A stretch of DNA of 64,000 nucleotides, from NCBI GenBank assembly GCA_001949185.1, contig BDGG01000001.1:320065-384064 (forward strand), read 5' to 3'. Below are positions 63,659 to 64,000 of this stretch, piece by piece. Position 1 is the stretch's first letter; each line of letters begins with the position of its first letter. The notes beneath the pieces were generated by a model that saw nothing but the letters and a program-made list of their open reading frames with translations, was not told the origin of the DNA and did not search any database. Both the position numbers and the translations under genes were made by a program. Origin of the DNA: Ramazzottius varieornatus (taxonomy: Eukaryota > Animalia > Tardigrada).

Positions 63659-63729
63659 GCCGGGTAAGCGCTGGTCATGATCGGACCAGTGCTCAAGACT
63701 GGTCCGATCATGACCAGAGCTTACCCGGC
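63659..63729. repeat. Near-perfect hairpin with 32-bp arms and 7-nt loop
   Basis: gccgggtaagcgctggtcatgatcggaccagt-gctcaag-actggtccgatcatgaccagagcttacccggc, 1 mismatch. Confidence 0.9.
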
Positions 63730-63887
63730 CACAAAGACTCCAAAATGCCACGCTGTGACACTGTGTACTTTGACCACTCCCTTGGAAGCGTGGTTATTTG
63801 TGGTGCTTCTCACGCTGGCTGCAGATAAGCTCGAGTTCGAAACCCGATCTTCATTAATTTTTTAACATATGTTGTGGCAATACAGCA

Positions 63888-63926
63888 CTATTGTGCTACC
63901 GAATTATCGCGCACTCAACCACGTGA
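63888..63926 (+). mobile_element. Left TIR of the Tc1/mariner-type MITE family seen at 16427-16580
   Basis: gtgctaccgaattatcgcgcactcaaccacgtga is identical to the 16427 element TIR. Confidence 0.8.
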
Positions 63927-64000
63927 TCAGTGATCATCAGAAACCTTGTTTTATAAACCTGAAAACTGTTTTATTTTATAGACACAACGTCACTGATTCC

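Noticed and set aside
1-64000. CRISPR arrays, operons, rRNA/tRNA or other prokaryotic systems
   Set aside because: No regularly spaced repeat-spacer array and no recognisable structural RNA gene; genes are spliced and metazoan.

Overview
This is animal genomic DNA, not prokaryotic. Genes are compact with many short GT-AG introns (mostly ~55-100 nt), and there are two assembly gaps (26287-26336, 37077-38030). The compactness, astacin, cyclase-less ANF-receptor-like gene and signal-peptide LEA-like gene fit a tardigrade-like invertebrate, but that is inference only. Host genes: ANF/natriuretic-peptide-receptor-like membrane protein, FHIP2/FAM160B, astacin, two tandem CNRIP1 paralogs, a possible Ly6-like gene, CFAP77, a secreted/ER LEA-like hydrophilin, an F-box gene, a PHD-finger gene, a long coiled-coil gene, an ODAD1/CCDC114-like gene, nuclear receptor NR2E3 (PNR/unfulfilled/fax-1), two tandem DXO/Rai1-like genes with degenerate active sites, and an intronless RING+chromodomain ORF. 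Mobile DNA: an intron-containing piggyBac derivative, a decayed hAT with TIRs and TSD, a Helitron Rep remnant, a CACTA/EnSpm (CMC) transposase with a divergent accessory gene whose homolog lies at the window start, and several MITE families. Best findings: (1) a non-autonomous hAT-type element that captured an intron/exon fragment of the receptor gene 37 kb away, with donor and recipient both visible; (2) a 50-64 kb TE-rich zone containing apparently catalytically dead DXO paralogs (Cutoff-like), a CACTA-linked putative chromatin protein and a RING-chromodomain fusion; (3) a LEA-like protein with a signal peptide and an xxEL C-terminus. Exon boundaries were read by eye, and family calls rest on recalled motifs; no database searches were run.
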